A stretch of DNA of 64,000 bases from Dehalococcoidia bacterium (GCA_041690175.1 JAWLHV010000004.1:130528-194527), one strand, 5' to 3'. Positions 31,473 through 40,610 are shown, numbered from the stretch's first letter. The notes: a model not told the origin generated them from the letters alone. Program-made: numbers and translations.

Positions 31473-33974
31473 ATGGTCCAGGCCTCCAGACTGCGGGACG
31501 AACTCCGCCTCTCCGTCCAGGACGTGACCGCCACCGTGGACGATGGGTGGCTGGCCTTCGAGACCACCGCGGACGTCCCCCTGCTGGACGCCGTCTTCGG
31601 CCAGGAGCGCGCCGTCCGTGCCATCGAGTTCGCGCTGGGTATGGACTCGCGCGGCTACAACCTCTACGCGGCGGGTCCGGACGGCTTCGGCAAGTCGACC
31701 ATCGTCAGCGCGTTCCTGCGCCGGCGCTCCGTGGCCTCGCCCCCGCCCTCGGACTGGGTGTACGTCTACAACTTCGAGGATCCCGACCGCCCGATCGCCG
31801 TCCCCATGGAGCCCGGTACGGCCCACGCCTTTGCCTCCGCCGTGCGACACGCCGTGGAGAGCGCGGCCCGCGACATCGTGGCGGCGTTCGAGTCGGACTC
31901 GTACGCGCGGATGCGCCAGGAGTTGGCGGACCGGCTGGAGCAGCAGCGGGGGGAGCAGATCGCCGCGCTCCAGGCACGCGCCGCGGAACTGGGGTTCGCG
32001 CTGCAGATCGGGCCGAACGGCATCGCCTCCGCGCCGCTGGTGGGCGGCAAGCCCGCCACGGAGGAGTCCTTCAACGCGCTGACTGACGAGGAGCGCGAGC
32101 AGATCGCGACCAACCGCCGGACGCTGGAGAAGGAACTCCAGGAGGCCATGCTGGTGCTGCGCGCCCGGGAGCGCGAGGTCCAGGAGGCCGCGGAGCGCCT
32201 GGACGAGCAGACGGCGGCGTATGCCGTGGGCCACCTGTTCGAGCGCCTGCTGGAGGAGCACGGCGCCGACCAGGAGGTGCGCCAGTTCCTGGAGGCAGTC
32301 CGCGACCACCTGGCGGAAAACCGCGACCAGTTCCGCCCCGCCCAGCAGCCGATGATTCCCGGCCTGCCGGTGCCCCAGCGCGACCCCACCCGAATCTACG
32401 AGGTCAATGTCTTCGTCTCCAACGATCCCCAGCAGGGGGCGCCCGTGGTCTTCGAGACCAACCCCACCTACTACAACCTCATCGGGCGGATCGAGTACCA
32501 GGGCACGCTGGGCTCAGCCGTCACGGACCACACGCTGATCCGGGCCGGGGCGCTGGCGCGGGCCAACGGCGGCTACCTGGTGATCCGCGTGCGTGACCTT
32601 CTGACCAACCTCGCATCGCTGGAGGCGCTGAAGCGATCGCTGCTCTCCGGTACGCTGCAGGTGGAGAACCTGTCCGAGAACTACCAATTGGTGCCCACCA
32701 CGGGCCTGCGCCCGGAGCCGATTCCGCTGGCCGCCAAGGTCATCCTGGTGGGCGAGTCCATCCTTTACAGCCTGCTCTACCGCCATGACCCGGACTTCCG
32801 CGAACTCTTCCGGGTGAAGGCGGACTTCGAGACGGAGTACGAGCGCAACCGGGAGACGGCCAACGGCCTGGCCTCCGTGACGCGGGCGGAAGTGGAGCGG
32901 GCCGGCCTGCTCCCGTTCACCCGCGCCGCCATCTGCCGGATGGTGGAGCACTCCTCGCGGATGGTGGAGGACAAGCGCCGCCTCTCCGCCAACATCGCTG
33001 GCTACCTGGACGTGGTGCGGCAGGCGGACTACTGGGCGCGCCACCAGGGCGACTCCCAGGTGCATGAGCGCCACGTCCTGCGCGCCCTGGACGAGCGCGT
33101 CTACCGCTCTTCGCTGATCGCGGACCGCGTCCTGGAGGCCATGGAGGACGGCACCATCCACGTGGAGACCCAGGGCGAGCGGGTGGGGCAGATCAACGCC
33201 CTGTCCGTGTACGACCTGGGTGACATTGCCTTCGGCCGGCCCTCGCGGGTGACGTGTGTGACGTCCGCCGGCCGCGGCAGCATCGTGATGGTGGAGCGCG
33301 AGAGCGAGATGGCCGGGCGCATCCACAACAAGGGCTTCCTCATCCTGCGGGGCTTCCTGGCCCACACCTTCGGGCAGGACCGCGCCTCGCTCTTCCACGC
33401 CAGCCTGACCTTCGAGCAGTTGTACGGAGACATCGACGGCGACTCGGCCTCCTCCACGGAGTTGTACGCGCTGCTCTCCTCGCTCGCCGACCTCCCCATC
33501 GACCAGCGCATCGCAGTCACCGGCTCCGTAGACCAGCTGGGCAGGGTGCAGCCCATTGGCGGCGCGACCGCCAAGATCGAGGGCTTCTTCGAGGTCTGCC
33601 GCATCCGGGGCCTGACAGGCGACCAGGGGGTGATGATCCCCCGCGCCAACGTGGACAACGTGATCCTCTCGGAGCGCGTGGCGAAGGCGGTGGCGGACGG
33701 CCAGTTCCACGTCTGGGCCGTGGACACCATCGAGGAGGGCATTGAGATCCTCACGGGCGTCTCGGCCGGCCGCGAGCGGACGGACGGGCGCTACGCGGAG
33801 GGCACGGTCTACCGGATGGTGGAGGACCGACTGGCGGAGTTCGCCACGCAGCTGCAGCGCGGCGCCTTCACGCCCTCCACGGAGGGCCACGTGCCGATGC
33901 CCCAGCGGGGGCCGTACCCCACGCCGCCGGGCATCCCGCCCAGCCCGCCGCCCGAGCCGCCAATCATCGTCTAG
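31473..33974 (+). CDS. Lon-like protease, LonC/COG1067-type: AAA+-like domain plus C-terminal S16 protease domain
   Basis: ATG at 31473 after GAAGGG, 833 aa. Walker A GPDGFGKST. Walker B position reads GGYLVIRVRDLL with no DE. Protease Ser in DGDSASS and Lys in GGATAKIEG. Confidence 0.75.
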   Translation: MVQASRLRDELRLSVQDVTATVDDGWLAFETTADVPLLDAVFGQERAVRAIEFALGMDSRGYNLYAAGPDGFGKSTIVSAFLRRRSVASPPPSDWVYVYNFEDPDRPIAVPMEPGTAHAFASAVRHAVESAARDIVAAFESDSYARMRQELADRLEQQRGEQIAALQARAAELGFALQIGPNGIASAPLVGGKPATEESFNALTDEEREQIATNRRTLEKELQEAMLVLRAREREVQEAAERLDEQTAAYAVGHLFERLLEEHGADQEVRQFLEAVRDHLAENRDQFRPAQQPMIPGLPVPQRDPTRIYEVNVFVSNDPQQGAPVVFETNPTYYNLIGRIEYQGTLGSAVTDHTLIRAGALARANGGYLVIRVRDLLTNLASLEALKRSLLSGTLQVENLSENYQLVPTTGLRPEPIPLAAKVILVGESILYSLLYRHDPDFRELFRVKADFETEYERNRETANGLASVTRAEVERAGLLPFTRAAICRMVEHSSRMVEDKRRLSANIAGYLDVVRQADYWARHQGDSQVHERHVLRALDERVYRSSLIADRVLEAMEDGTIHVETQGERVGQINALSVYDLGDIAFGRPSRVTCVTSAGRGSIVMVERESEMAGRIHNKGFLILRGFLAHTFGQDRASLFHASLTFEQLYGDIDGDSASSTELYALLSSLADLPIDQRIAVTGSVDQLGRVQPIGGATAKIEGFFEVCRIRGLTGDQGVMIPRANVDNVILSERVAKAVADGQFHVWAVDTIEEGIEILTGVSAGRERTDGRYAEGTVYRMVEDRLAEFATQLQRGAFTPSTEGHVPMPQRGPYPTPPGIPPSPPPEPPIIV

Positions 33975-34023
33975 CGTCTGCCTATCCACCCGTCCTGGCC
34001 TACCGCCCGGTCGAGGAGTGCGC

Positions 34024-35337
34024 GTGACTGCATCAGAGTCCTTGCCGGCAGAGCCACGGCTTCAGCGCAGCGTGGGTCTCCTCGGCGCGTCCATGTCCGG
34101 CATCGGCATCGTGCTCGGGGCCGGGATCTACGTACTCGTGGGGGAGGCAGCAGGCGAGACCGGGAACAGCGTGTGGGCGGCGTTCCTGCTAGGCGCGTTC
34201 TTGGCCGCGGCTACGGGCCTCTCCTACGCGGAACTGACGTCCTTCATCCCGGAAGCCGGAGCGGCTGCCGCATACGCGGAGGAGGCCTTTGGCCCACGCG
34301 TGGGCTTTGTGACGGGGTGGATGGACGTCACCGTGAACGTCATTGCCGCACCGGCCGTCGCGCTGGGCTTTGGCGGGTACTTCGCCGACTTGATCGGCGG
34401 CGACCGCCTCGTGGTGGCGGTGGGCGTCCTGCTCGTATGCGCCTTCATCGTTGCCATGGGTGTGGGCGGCACCGTGAAACTTGCCTCCTTATTCGCACTG
34501 ATCGAGGCGACGGGGCTTGCCGTGGTGGTCTTCGTGGGTGTGCCCTTCCTGGGCGACGTGGACCTGCTGGCACTGGACCATGGCTGGGCCGGCCTACTGG
34601 CTGCGGCCGCCCTGGTGTTCTTTGCCTACGAGGGCTTCGAGGAGATCGCGACGCTCTCGGAGGAGGTGCACGACCCCACGCGCAACATCCCCCGCGCGCT
34701 GCTGCTGGCCATCATGGTGACCACGGTGCTGTACGTCGCGGTCGCCGCGGCTGCGGTGTCCGTGCTGGGAGCGGGGCCCCTCTCGGAGGCCGCGGCGCCG
34801 CTCGCGCGGGTGGTGGAGGTGGCCGGCGGCGAGCGCCTGGGGGACGCCGTGGCCGTGATGGCGCTCTTCGCCACGTTCAACACCGTGCTGTTGATCCTCG
34901 CGACCGGGCCCCGGGCGATGTACGGGATGGCCAACCGCCGGATCCTTCCGGCCGTCATCGGCAAGGTGTGGCCCGCCCGTCGGACCCCGCTCGTCGCCAT
35001 TGCCATTGCCACGGCGCTGGCCGTGGCGTTTGGGCTGACCGGGGACGTGGGCTACGTGGCCCAGGTGACGAACTTTGCCGTGTTTACCCTCTTCGTGGCA
35101 GTCAACGCCTCGGTCATCCGGCTGCGCTTCACACAACCGGCCCGTGCTCGTCCGTTCCGCCTGCGCCCGGCTGTGCGAGGGGTGCCGTTGATCCCCGTAG
35201 CCGGACTCGGCGGTGCATTGCTGCTCGCTGGGTTCATGGACCGCGACGCCTTCGTGACCGGGCTGGCCGCGCTCGCCCTGGGTGTCGCGGCCTCGTTCCT
35301 GTTCGTGCGGCGCGGGCGTGGGCTGGGACAGGCATGA
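34024..35337 (+). CDS. APC-family amino acid permease
   Basis: GTG at 34024 after GAGGAG, 437 aa, about 12 TM helices. APC signature region GIGIVLGAGIYVLVGE. Confidence 0.85.
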   Translation: MTASESLPAEPRLQRSVGLLGASMSGIGIVLGAGIYVLVGEAAGETGNSVWAAFLLGAFLAAATGLSYAELTSFIPEAGAAAAYAEEAFGPRVGFVTGWMDVTVNVIAAPAVALGFGGYFADLIGGDRLVVAVGVLLVCAFIVAMGVGGTVKLASLFALIEATGLAVVVFVGVPFLGDVDLLALDHGWAGLLAAAALVFFAYEGFEEIATLSEEVHDPTRNIPRALLLAIMVTTVLYVAVAAAAVSVLGAGPLSEAAAPLARVVEVAGGERLGDAVAVMALFATFNTVLLILATGPRAMYGMANRRILPAVIGKVWPARRTPLVAIAIATALAVAFGLTGDVGYVAQVTNFAVFTLFVAVNASVIRLRFTQPARARPFRLRPAVRGVPLIPVAGLGGALLLAGFMDRDAFVTGLAALALGVAASFLFVRRGRGLGQA

Positions 35338-35906
35338 GCCGCGCGGACCTGCCGGTACTGACGGTGGACATGGACGGCGTGTTCTGCTCGCCCTACTTCG
35401 GGTGGAACGTGGGTATCAGTCGTACGTTCCTGGATCCAGAGGCGGACGCGCCGCTCGCCAGCGTGCCGCCGCGGTGGCTGGGCACGCCGCTGGACCACCT
35501 GCGCTTCAACGTCCGCCGCCCGCTGGCCGGGTCGCGGGAGGCGCTCACCCGCCTGCGGGAGGTGCGCCGGCTGGTGGTGGTCACCGGGCGCCGGACCTAC
35601 CCGCGATGGTGGCTCCGCCGCCACGGCCTGGAGGCGCTGTTCGACCGGGTGATGGTGAACACCACCTCGCTCAAGAGCCCGCACTACAAACTCGAGGCGC
35701 TCTCGCTCGTGGACGCGGCAGAACACATCGATGACGACCCGCGCACCGCGCAACTGCTTGCGCAGCGTTCGCGAGCGCGCATCTTCCTGCGGGAATGGCC
35801 CACCACTCGAGGGGTGGCGCTCGACCCGAGGGTGGAGCGGGTGCGTGACCTCTCGGAACTCGCGGACCGCCTGGGCGCGCCGCCGGCAGCGACGGCGCGC
35901 GGCTAG
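35334..35906 (+). CDS. HAD-superfamily hydrolase-like protein (5'-nucleotidase-like)
   Basis: ATG overlapping the permease stop (ATGA), 190 aa. HAD motif I DMDGV, motif II VVTGR, Lys in KSPHYK, motif IV HIDDD. Confidence 0.55.
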   Translation: MSRADLPVLTVDMDGVFCSPYFGWNVGISRTFLDPEADAPLASVPPRWLGTPLDHLRFNVRRPLAGSREALTRLREVRRLVVVTGRRTYPRWWLRRHGLEALFDRVMVNTTSLKSPHYKLEALSLVDAAEHIDDDPRTAQLLAQRSRARIFLREWPTTRGVALDPRVERVRDLSELADRLGAPPAATARG

Positions 35907-35942
35907 ACGCTCCTCGCGACCCGCGCGTACCTTCGGCCTCTC

Positions 35943-37271
35943 GTGAGTAGCACCCGCCCCTTTGACACATCCTCGGCCGCTGTAAAGGCGGGGTCCGCCT
36001 TCGGTGGCGGGCCGCCGCCGCCCTCCGGGCGGCACGGCACGTTCGCCTCGCTGCGCTACCGGGACTTCCGTCTGCTGTGGGCCGGGCAGGCGAGCCACGC
36101 CGCCGCGCTCTGGATGGAGCAGATCGCCCGCCCCTGGCTCGTGCTGGAGATGACCAACGACAACGCCGCCCACGTGGGCGGAGTGGTGGCGATGCGCACG
36201 ATCCCGCAGTTGTTGTTCGGCCTGCTCGCGGGCGTCGTGGCGGACCAGTTCGACCGCAAGACCATCCTGCTCACCACCAAGGTGGGCGTCCTCACGGTGA
36301 ACGTCGCCTTCGTGGTGCTGCTGGTCACGGGGCTGATGGAACTCTGGATGATCTACGCCACCGCGCTCATCCGCGGCACGTTCATGGCCTTCGACCAGCC
36401 GGCGCGCCAATCGATGATCGCCAGCATCGTCCCGCAGCCGATCCTGACGAATGCCGTGGCGCTGATGTCATCCACGCAGAACATCATGCGGATGGCGGGG
36501 GTCCTCGGCGCGGGCGCGATCATCGCCCTCATGGGGGTCGAGGGCGCGTTCATCGTGCTGACGTGCATCTACGTGGGCGCGGTGGTGTCCACGGCGCTGC
36601 TGCGAGTCCCCACGAACCGCGTGGCCGGCCGGGAGACCACGGTCTCCGGCATCCTCGAGAGCCTGAAGGAGGGCATGCGCTACGCCATCCGGGTGCCGGT
36701 GGTGCGCGGCGTGCTGGTGATGTCCCTCATCTTTTTCGTGTTCGGGCAGTCCTACCTGCAGGTATTCGCCCCGCTCTTCGCCAAGTCCGTGCTGGACATC
36801 GGGCCGCTGGGCTTCTCCGCGCTGGTCGCCACCAGCACCATCGGCGCGCTGACGGGGACGCTGCTGATCGCATCGCGCTACCCGAAGCGGCTGGGGCTGA
36901 TCCTGCCCCTGGCCGTGACGCTGATGGGCGTGGCGCTGGTCCTGTTCTCGCTGACGACGTACCTGCCCGGGGCGGTAGGCATCGTGGTGCCGTTCGCCGT
37001 GATCCCGCTGGTGGGGCTGATGCAGACGGCGTACTTCTCGCTCTCCAACGCCGCGCTGCTGTCGGCTGCGCCAGAGGACATGCGAGGGCGCGTGGTCAGC
37101 CTGCTCTCCCTGGACCGGGCGTTCGTCTCCGCGGGCGCGTCCGCGGGCGGCTTCCTGGCGGCGGCATACGGCGTGCAGATGGCGCAACTGACTTACGGGG
37201 CGCTCCTGGCCGTGCTGGGACTGCTGGTGGTTATCTTCGGCCGCCAGATCCGCTCGTACGTGGCGCCCTGA
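35943..37271 (+). CDS. MFS transporter
   Basis: 442 aa, 12 predicted TM helices. MFS loop motif region D.FDRK between TM2 and TM3. Confidence 0.85.
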   Translation: MSSTRPFDTSSAAVKAGSAFGGGPPPPSGRHGTFASLRYRDFRLLWAGQASHAAALWMEQIARPWLVLEMTNDNAAHVGGVVAMRTIPQLLFGLLAGVVADQFDRKTILLTTKVGVLTVNVAFVVLLVTGLMELWMIYATALIRGTFMAFDQPARQSMIASIVPQPILTNAVALMSSTQNIMRMAGVLGAGAIIALMGVEGAFIVLTCIYVGAVVSTALLRVPTNRVAGRETTVSGILESLKEGMRYAIRVPVVRGVLVMSLIFFVFGQSYLQVFAPLFAKSVLDIGPLGFSALVATSTIGALTGTLLIASRYPKRLGLILPLAVTLMGVALVLFSLTTYLPGAVGIVVPFAVIPLVGLMQTAYFSLSNAALLSAAPEDMRGRVVSLLSLDRAFVSAGASAGGFLAAAYGVQMAQLTYGALLAVLGLLVVIFGRQIRSYVAP

Positions 37272-37328
37272 CGCCCTGACGCACTGACGCCCCGACGCAC
37301 TGCCGGCGGGACGCGGTACGCTGGAAGC

Positions 37329-37772
37329 ATGACATCCCTCAACCTCGAGATCCCCTCGCCCGCCCCGCGCTGGCGTCGCCTCGGGCTCGCCGCCGTGCTG
37401 GTGGCGGCCGTGGCGTGGGCCTTCGCGTGGGGCGCGCACGGTCACGAACTGCTCCGCAAGGCGGACCTGTCCTCCGCCACCGTAGACCGCACCATCGTGG
37501 TGGACGCCTCCACGGGCACCCTGGACCTGGCGGGCATCGAGGTTGCGCCCGGCGAGGTGGTGGAGTTCGTGCTGGCCGGGTCGGCCGGATCGCCTCACTC
37601 GTTCGTCCTGACGGGCGCGTCGCCGGGCTCGGAGATGGACGAGTTGGTGGCGGCCAACGGCGACACGGTCATCCGCCTCCGCGTCCCTCCGGACGGCGGC
37701 TTCTCCTTCACCTGTGTCATCCCCGGACACGAGGGCCTGCACGGCAGCCTGGTCGTGGGCCCGGGCGAGTAG
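37329..37772 (+). CDS. membrane-anchored cupredoxin-like (Cupredoxin_1-type) protein
   Basis: 147 aa. N-terminal TM. His in SPHSFVL and C-terminal FTCVIPGHEGLHGSLVV. The usual Met position is occupied by Leu/His. Confidence 0.55.
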   Translation: MTSLNLEIPSPAPRWRRLGLAAVLVAAVAWAFAWGAHGHELLRKADLSSATVDRTIVVDASTGTLDLAGIEVAPGEVVEFVLAGSAGSPHSFVLTGASPGSEMDELVAANGDTVIRLRVPPDGGFSFTCVIPGHEGLHGSLVVGPGE

Positions 37773-37828
37773 CGGTACCCTCGCAGCGCCGGCACCGGGC
37801 CGGCGGTGCCGCCCCGGGGGGAACATCC

Positions 37829-38464
37829 GTGACGAACGAGCCGCAGTTCCCCGCGCAGTTCTTCCGGCGCGAGGACATGTCGTCCGACCGCTTCTTCTAC
37901 GAGGTCTCTCGACTGGTCACGCACATTGACGACGCGACCATCCAGGCGCTCACGGACCTGTACCGGGAGAGCGTGCCGCCCGGCTCTCGCGTCCTGGACC
38001 TGATGTCCTCCTGGATGTCCCACCTGCCGCCGGAGCGGGAGTACGCCCGTGTCTCCGGGCTGGGGATGAACCAGGAAGAGTTGCAGCACAACCCGCAACT
38101 GACGGACCTGGTGGTCCATGACCTGAACGCCAACCCCACGCTTCCGTACAAGGGCGGCGCCTTCGATGTGGCGCTCTGCGCCGTCTCCGTGCAGTACCTC
38201 ACCCAGCCGGTGGAGGTCTTCCGGGAGGTGGGGCGCGTGCTGGTGCCCGGCGGGACGTTCCTGGTGACCTTCTCGCACCGGATGTTCCCCACCAAGGCCG
38301 TGGAGGTCTGGCGCCAACTGGGGCCGGAGGACCGCGTGCGGCTGGTGGCGTCCTACTTCGGCATGGCCGGTAACTTTGGCGAGCCGCTGTTCATCGACCG
38401 CTCTCCACCCGACGCGGACCCGCTCTGGTGCGTAGTTGCGCAGCGTTCCCAGGACGCGCCGTAG
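37829..38464 (+). CDS. class-I SAM-dependent methyltransferase-like protein
   Basis: GTG at 37829 after GGGGGAA, 211 aa. Rossmann-like RVLDLMSSW (motif I degenerate). Post-I and post-II acidic/hydrophobic blocks (AFDVALCAVSVQYL, PGGTFLV). Confidence 0.5.
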   Translation: MTNEPQFPAQFFRREDMSSDRFFYEVSRLVTHIDDATIQALTDLYRESVPPGSRVLDLMSSWMSHLPPEREYARVSGLGMNQEELQHNPQLTDLVVHDLNANPTLPYKGGAFDVALCAVSVQYLTQPVEVFREVGRVLVPGGTFLVTFSHRMFPTKAVEVWRQLGPEDRVRLVASYFGMAGNFGEPLFIDRSPPDADPLWCVVAQRSQDAP

Positions 38465-38503
38465 GCGCCGGACGCGCGCCCCAAGGGGCCCGTGGAAAAT
38501 TTT

Positions 38504-38523
38504 GATCGCGTGGACGCGCGATC
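38504..38523. promoter_or_regulatory. 7-bp inverted repeat with 6-nt spacer in the AT-rich region upstream of the KPAA miniprotein
   Basis: GATCGCG-tggacg-CGCGATC. It lies within the only markedly AT-rich stretch (aaaattttgatcgcg...ctaatacgc) of this intergenic region. Confidence 0.3.
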
Positions 38524-38597
38524 GCCCCCCGCACAAGATTCCGTTGCTGTCTAATACGCATCAGCGAGTGCATCCAGGGCCCGGACGCTCGTCACCC

Positions 38598-38741
38598 ATG
38601 GGTTCCGGTACCGCGCGTAACCCGCGACGGGCCGGAGTAGTCAAAGGAACATCCTTGGCTGCAACGAAGAAGCCTGCGGCAAAGCCTGCGGCGAAGCCGG
38701 CTGCCAAGCCGGCCGCTAAGCCGGCTCCCAAGAAGAAGTAA
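38598..38741 (+). CDS. lysine/alanine-rich KPAA-repeat miniprotein (histone-H1-like / AlgP-like tail)
   Basis: 47 aa from ATG 38598. An alternative in-frame TTG at 38655 with AAAGGAAC SD gives 28 aa. C-terminus is KKPAAKPAAKPAAKPAAKPAPKKK. The four KPAA repeats use different synonymous codons (cct/ccg; gcg/gca/gct/gcc). A strong terminator follows. Confidence 0.5.
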   Translation: MGSGTARNPRRAGVVKGTSLAATKKPAAKPAAKPAAKPAAKPAPKKK

Positions 38742-38777
38742 CACTTCCTCTCGGCAGAAGCCGATCAGAATGAAGGA

Positions 38778-38808
38778 CCCCCGGGACGCCGGGGGTTCTT
38801 CATTTTCT
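38778..38808. terminator. bidirectional Rho-independent terminator
   Basis: Perfect stem CCCCCGG / CCGGGGG with loop GACG. Followed by TTCTTCATTTTCT on the plus strand and TCCTTCATTCT on the minus strand. Lies between convergent stops at 38741 (+) and 38830 (-). Confidence 0.8.
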
Positions 38809-38829
38809 GGGACGCACGAGACGCAGGCG

Positions 38830-39165
38830 CTAGCGTCGCCGGCGGCGCTCACGGCGGCGGCGGACGTGGTCAGGACGGGTGGTCGTGGCCTGCACCTGCT
38901 CGGGGCCCCGCTCGTCCTGGTCGCGCGCCCCTCGCGCAGGACGCCGCTTCCCGAGGCCCTGCGTCACCACCATCATGACGCGACTGATGAGTCGCAGCAT
39001 GAAGAACGTGAAGAAGAAGAACATGGCGGCGGTGACGGCCAGCACCATGGGGTCGCGTTCGTCCTGCAGGTACTGGATGCCGGTGAACACCAGCGTGGCG
39101 AAGGCGGTGTAGATCGCGTTGGCGCGGGCGCTTTGCACGGATCCTCCGTCAGTGATGCCCGCCAC
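38830..39165 (-). CDS. small two-TM membrane protein with poly-arginine C-terminal tail
   Basis: GTG start, 111 aa. Two hydrophobic helices (AIYTAFATLVFTGI; VLAVTAAMFFFFTFFMLRLI). C-terminus is RRRRERRRRR, encoded with varied Arg codons. GC3-rich. Converges on the shared terminator. Confidence 0.4.
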   Translation of the reverse strand: MAGITDGGSVQSARANAIYTAFATLVFTGIQYLQDERDPMVLAVTAAMFFFFTFFMLRLISRVMMVVTQGLGKRRPARGARDQDERGPEQVQATTTRPDHVRRRRERRRRR

Positions 39166-39302
39166 CCTGGCGAGCCGTCGCCCATCCTACCGGAGCCGGC
39201 AGTCGGTGGCTGGCCAGGGGCGCGGGGCCCATCGTCTACAATCGCGGGGCGGATGAGTACCAACGCGGGGGATGACCCTGCCAGACATGCCGGCGCAGTC
39301 CG

Positions 39303-40610
39303 ATGATGGTGCTGATCGTCATCATCGTGCTGATCGCGCTGAACGCCCTCTACGTCGCGGGGGAGTTCGCGGCAGTCTCCACCCGCCGTACCCGCGTCCG
39401 GCAGTTGGCGGAGGGCGGCAACCGCCAGGCGCGGTGGCTCCTCGGCGTCATTGAGAGCGGCGTGGGGCTGGACCGGTACGTGGCCGGCTGCCAGGTGGGC
39501 ATCACGCTCTCCAGCCTGCTCCTGGGCGCATACGGCCAGGCGGCGCTCACTCCAACCCTTGCAGATGCGCTCCAGGACATTGGCGACATGGGCCGGGCGA
39601 CGGCTGTCGGAAGCGCCGCCACCGCGGTGCTAATCACGCTGACGGCCACGCAGGTGGTGGTGGGTGAGTTGCTGCCCAAGTCCGTCGCCCTGCAGTTCCC
39701 GACGACCGTGGCCGTGTACACGTCGCTGCCCATGCGGCTGTCGCTCTGGGTGTTCCGGCCGCTGATCGCTGTCCTGAACGGCAGCGGTATCGCCATCCTG
39801 CGCTTGCTCCGGGCGCCGGCCGCGGGTCACCGTCACATCCACTCGCCAGGAGAGATCTCGCTGCTCATCGCAGAGAGCCGCGACGGAGGCCTCCTCTCCG
39901 CGGACGAACAGGAGCAGTTCGAACGCGCCCTGCGCCTGAGCGTGCTCCCCGTCCGCCGGATCATGGTGCCGCGGCTGGACATCGTCTCCGTCGACGCGGC
40001 CGCCACGCTCATCGAGGTGCAGGCGCAACTCGTCCGGTCCGGGTACACCCGCCTCCCGGTCTACCAGGGCTCGCCGGACGAACTCGTGGGCGTGATCCAC
40101 GCGAAGGACGTGGCGCGCGAGGTCATGGCGGGGCGCGGGCATGCGCGGACGGCCGACCTGATGCGGCGGATCGCCAGTGTCCCCGAGTCCATGCGCTGCG
40201 AGCGGCTGGTGGGCGAACTCCGGCGCCAGCGGTCGGAGCAGGCGGTGGTGGTGGACGAGCACGGCGGGGTGACCGGCCTGGTGACCCTGGAGGACCTCCT
40301 CGTGGAGGTCCTGGGGGATCCCGAGGCCATTCGGGGGGCGGAGGCGCACCCGGTGCGGCTGTCGGACGGCCGCCTGCGTCTGCCGGGCCGCATGCGGGTG
40401 GACGAGGCGGACGAGTGGTTGGGCGTGCTCTGGGAGGGCGAGAGCGACACCCTGAGCGGGATCATCTCCGAGCGGCTGGGCCACGTACCGCAGGCCGGCG
40501 AGTCGCTGGAGATCTCCGGCGTGGGCGTGGAGGTCGAGCAGGTGGACGGGGTGGTGGTGGCGTCGCTGCTGGTGCGGCCGGCTCGGGTGTCCGAGGAGGT
40601 GGAGCGGTGA
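39303..40610 (+). CDS. HlyC/CorC-family transporter (CNNM/DUF21 + CBS pair + CorC_HlyC)
   Basis: 435 aa. N-terminal DUF21 with 4 TM, a CBS pair, and a C-terminal transporter-associated domain. Confidence 0.85.
   Translation: MMVLIVIIVLIALNALYVAGEFAAVSTRRTRVRQLAEGGNRQARWLLGVIESGVGLDRYVAGCQVGITLSSLLLGAYGQAALTPTLADALQDIGDMGRATAVGSAATAVLITLTATQVVVGELLPKSVALQFPTTVAVYTSLPMRLSLWVFRPLIAVLNGSGIAILRLLRAPAAGHRHIHSPGEISLLIAESRDGGLLSADEQEQFERALRLSVLPVRRIMVPRLDIVSVDAAATLIEVQAQLVRSGYTRLPVYQGSPDELVGVIHAKDVAREVMAGRGHARTADLMRRIASVPESMRCERLVGELRRQRSEQAVVVDEHGGVTGLVTLEDLLVEVLGDPEAIRGAEAHPVRLSDGRLRLPGRMRVDEADEWLGVLWEGESDTLSGIISERLGHVPQAGESLEISGVGVEVEQVDGVVVASLLVRPARVSEEVER

Noticed and set aside
30252-32309. 685-aa ORF
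   Set aside because: Over-extension. The quinone oxidoreductase begins at ATG 31241 with a GGAGGGG SD, and the upstream part runs into the divergent Lon promoter region.
33742-35906. 531-aa and 577-aa overlapping plus ORFs
   Set aside because: These resolve into three genes (Lon C-terminus, APC permease from GTG 34024, HAD-like from ATG 35334).
38670-38740. KPAA-coding repeat considered as a non-coding simple-sequence repeat
   Set aside because: The repeat units differ at synonymous third positions while preserving the K-P-A-A periodicity. This favours protein-level selection.
38592-39112. 86-aa minus and 77-aa plus ORFs overlapping the KPAA gene and the small membrane gene
   Set aside because: They are antisense frames with poor composition. 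The opposite-strand frames have coding-like synonymous variation or TM helices.
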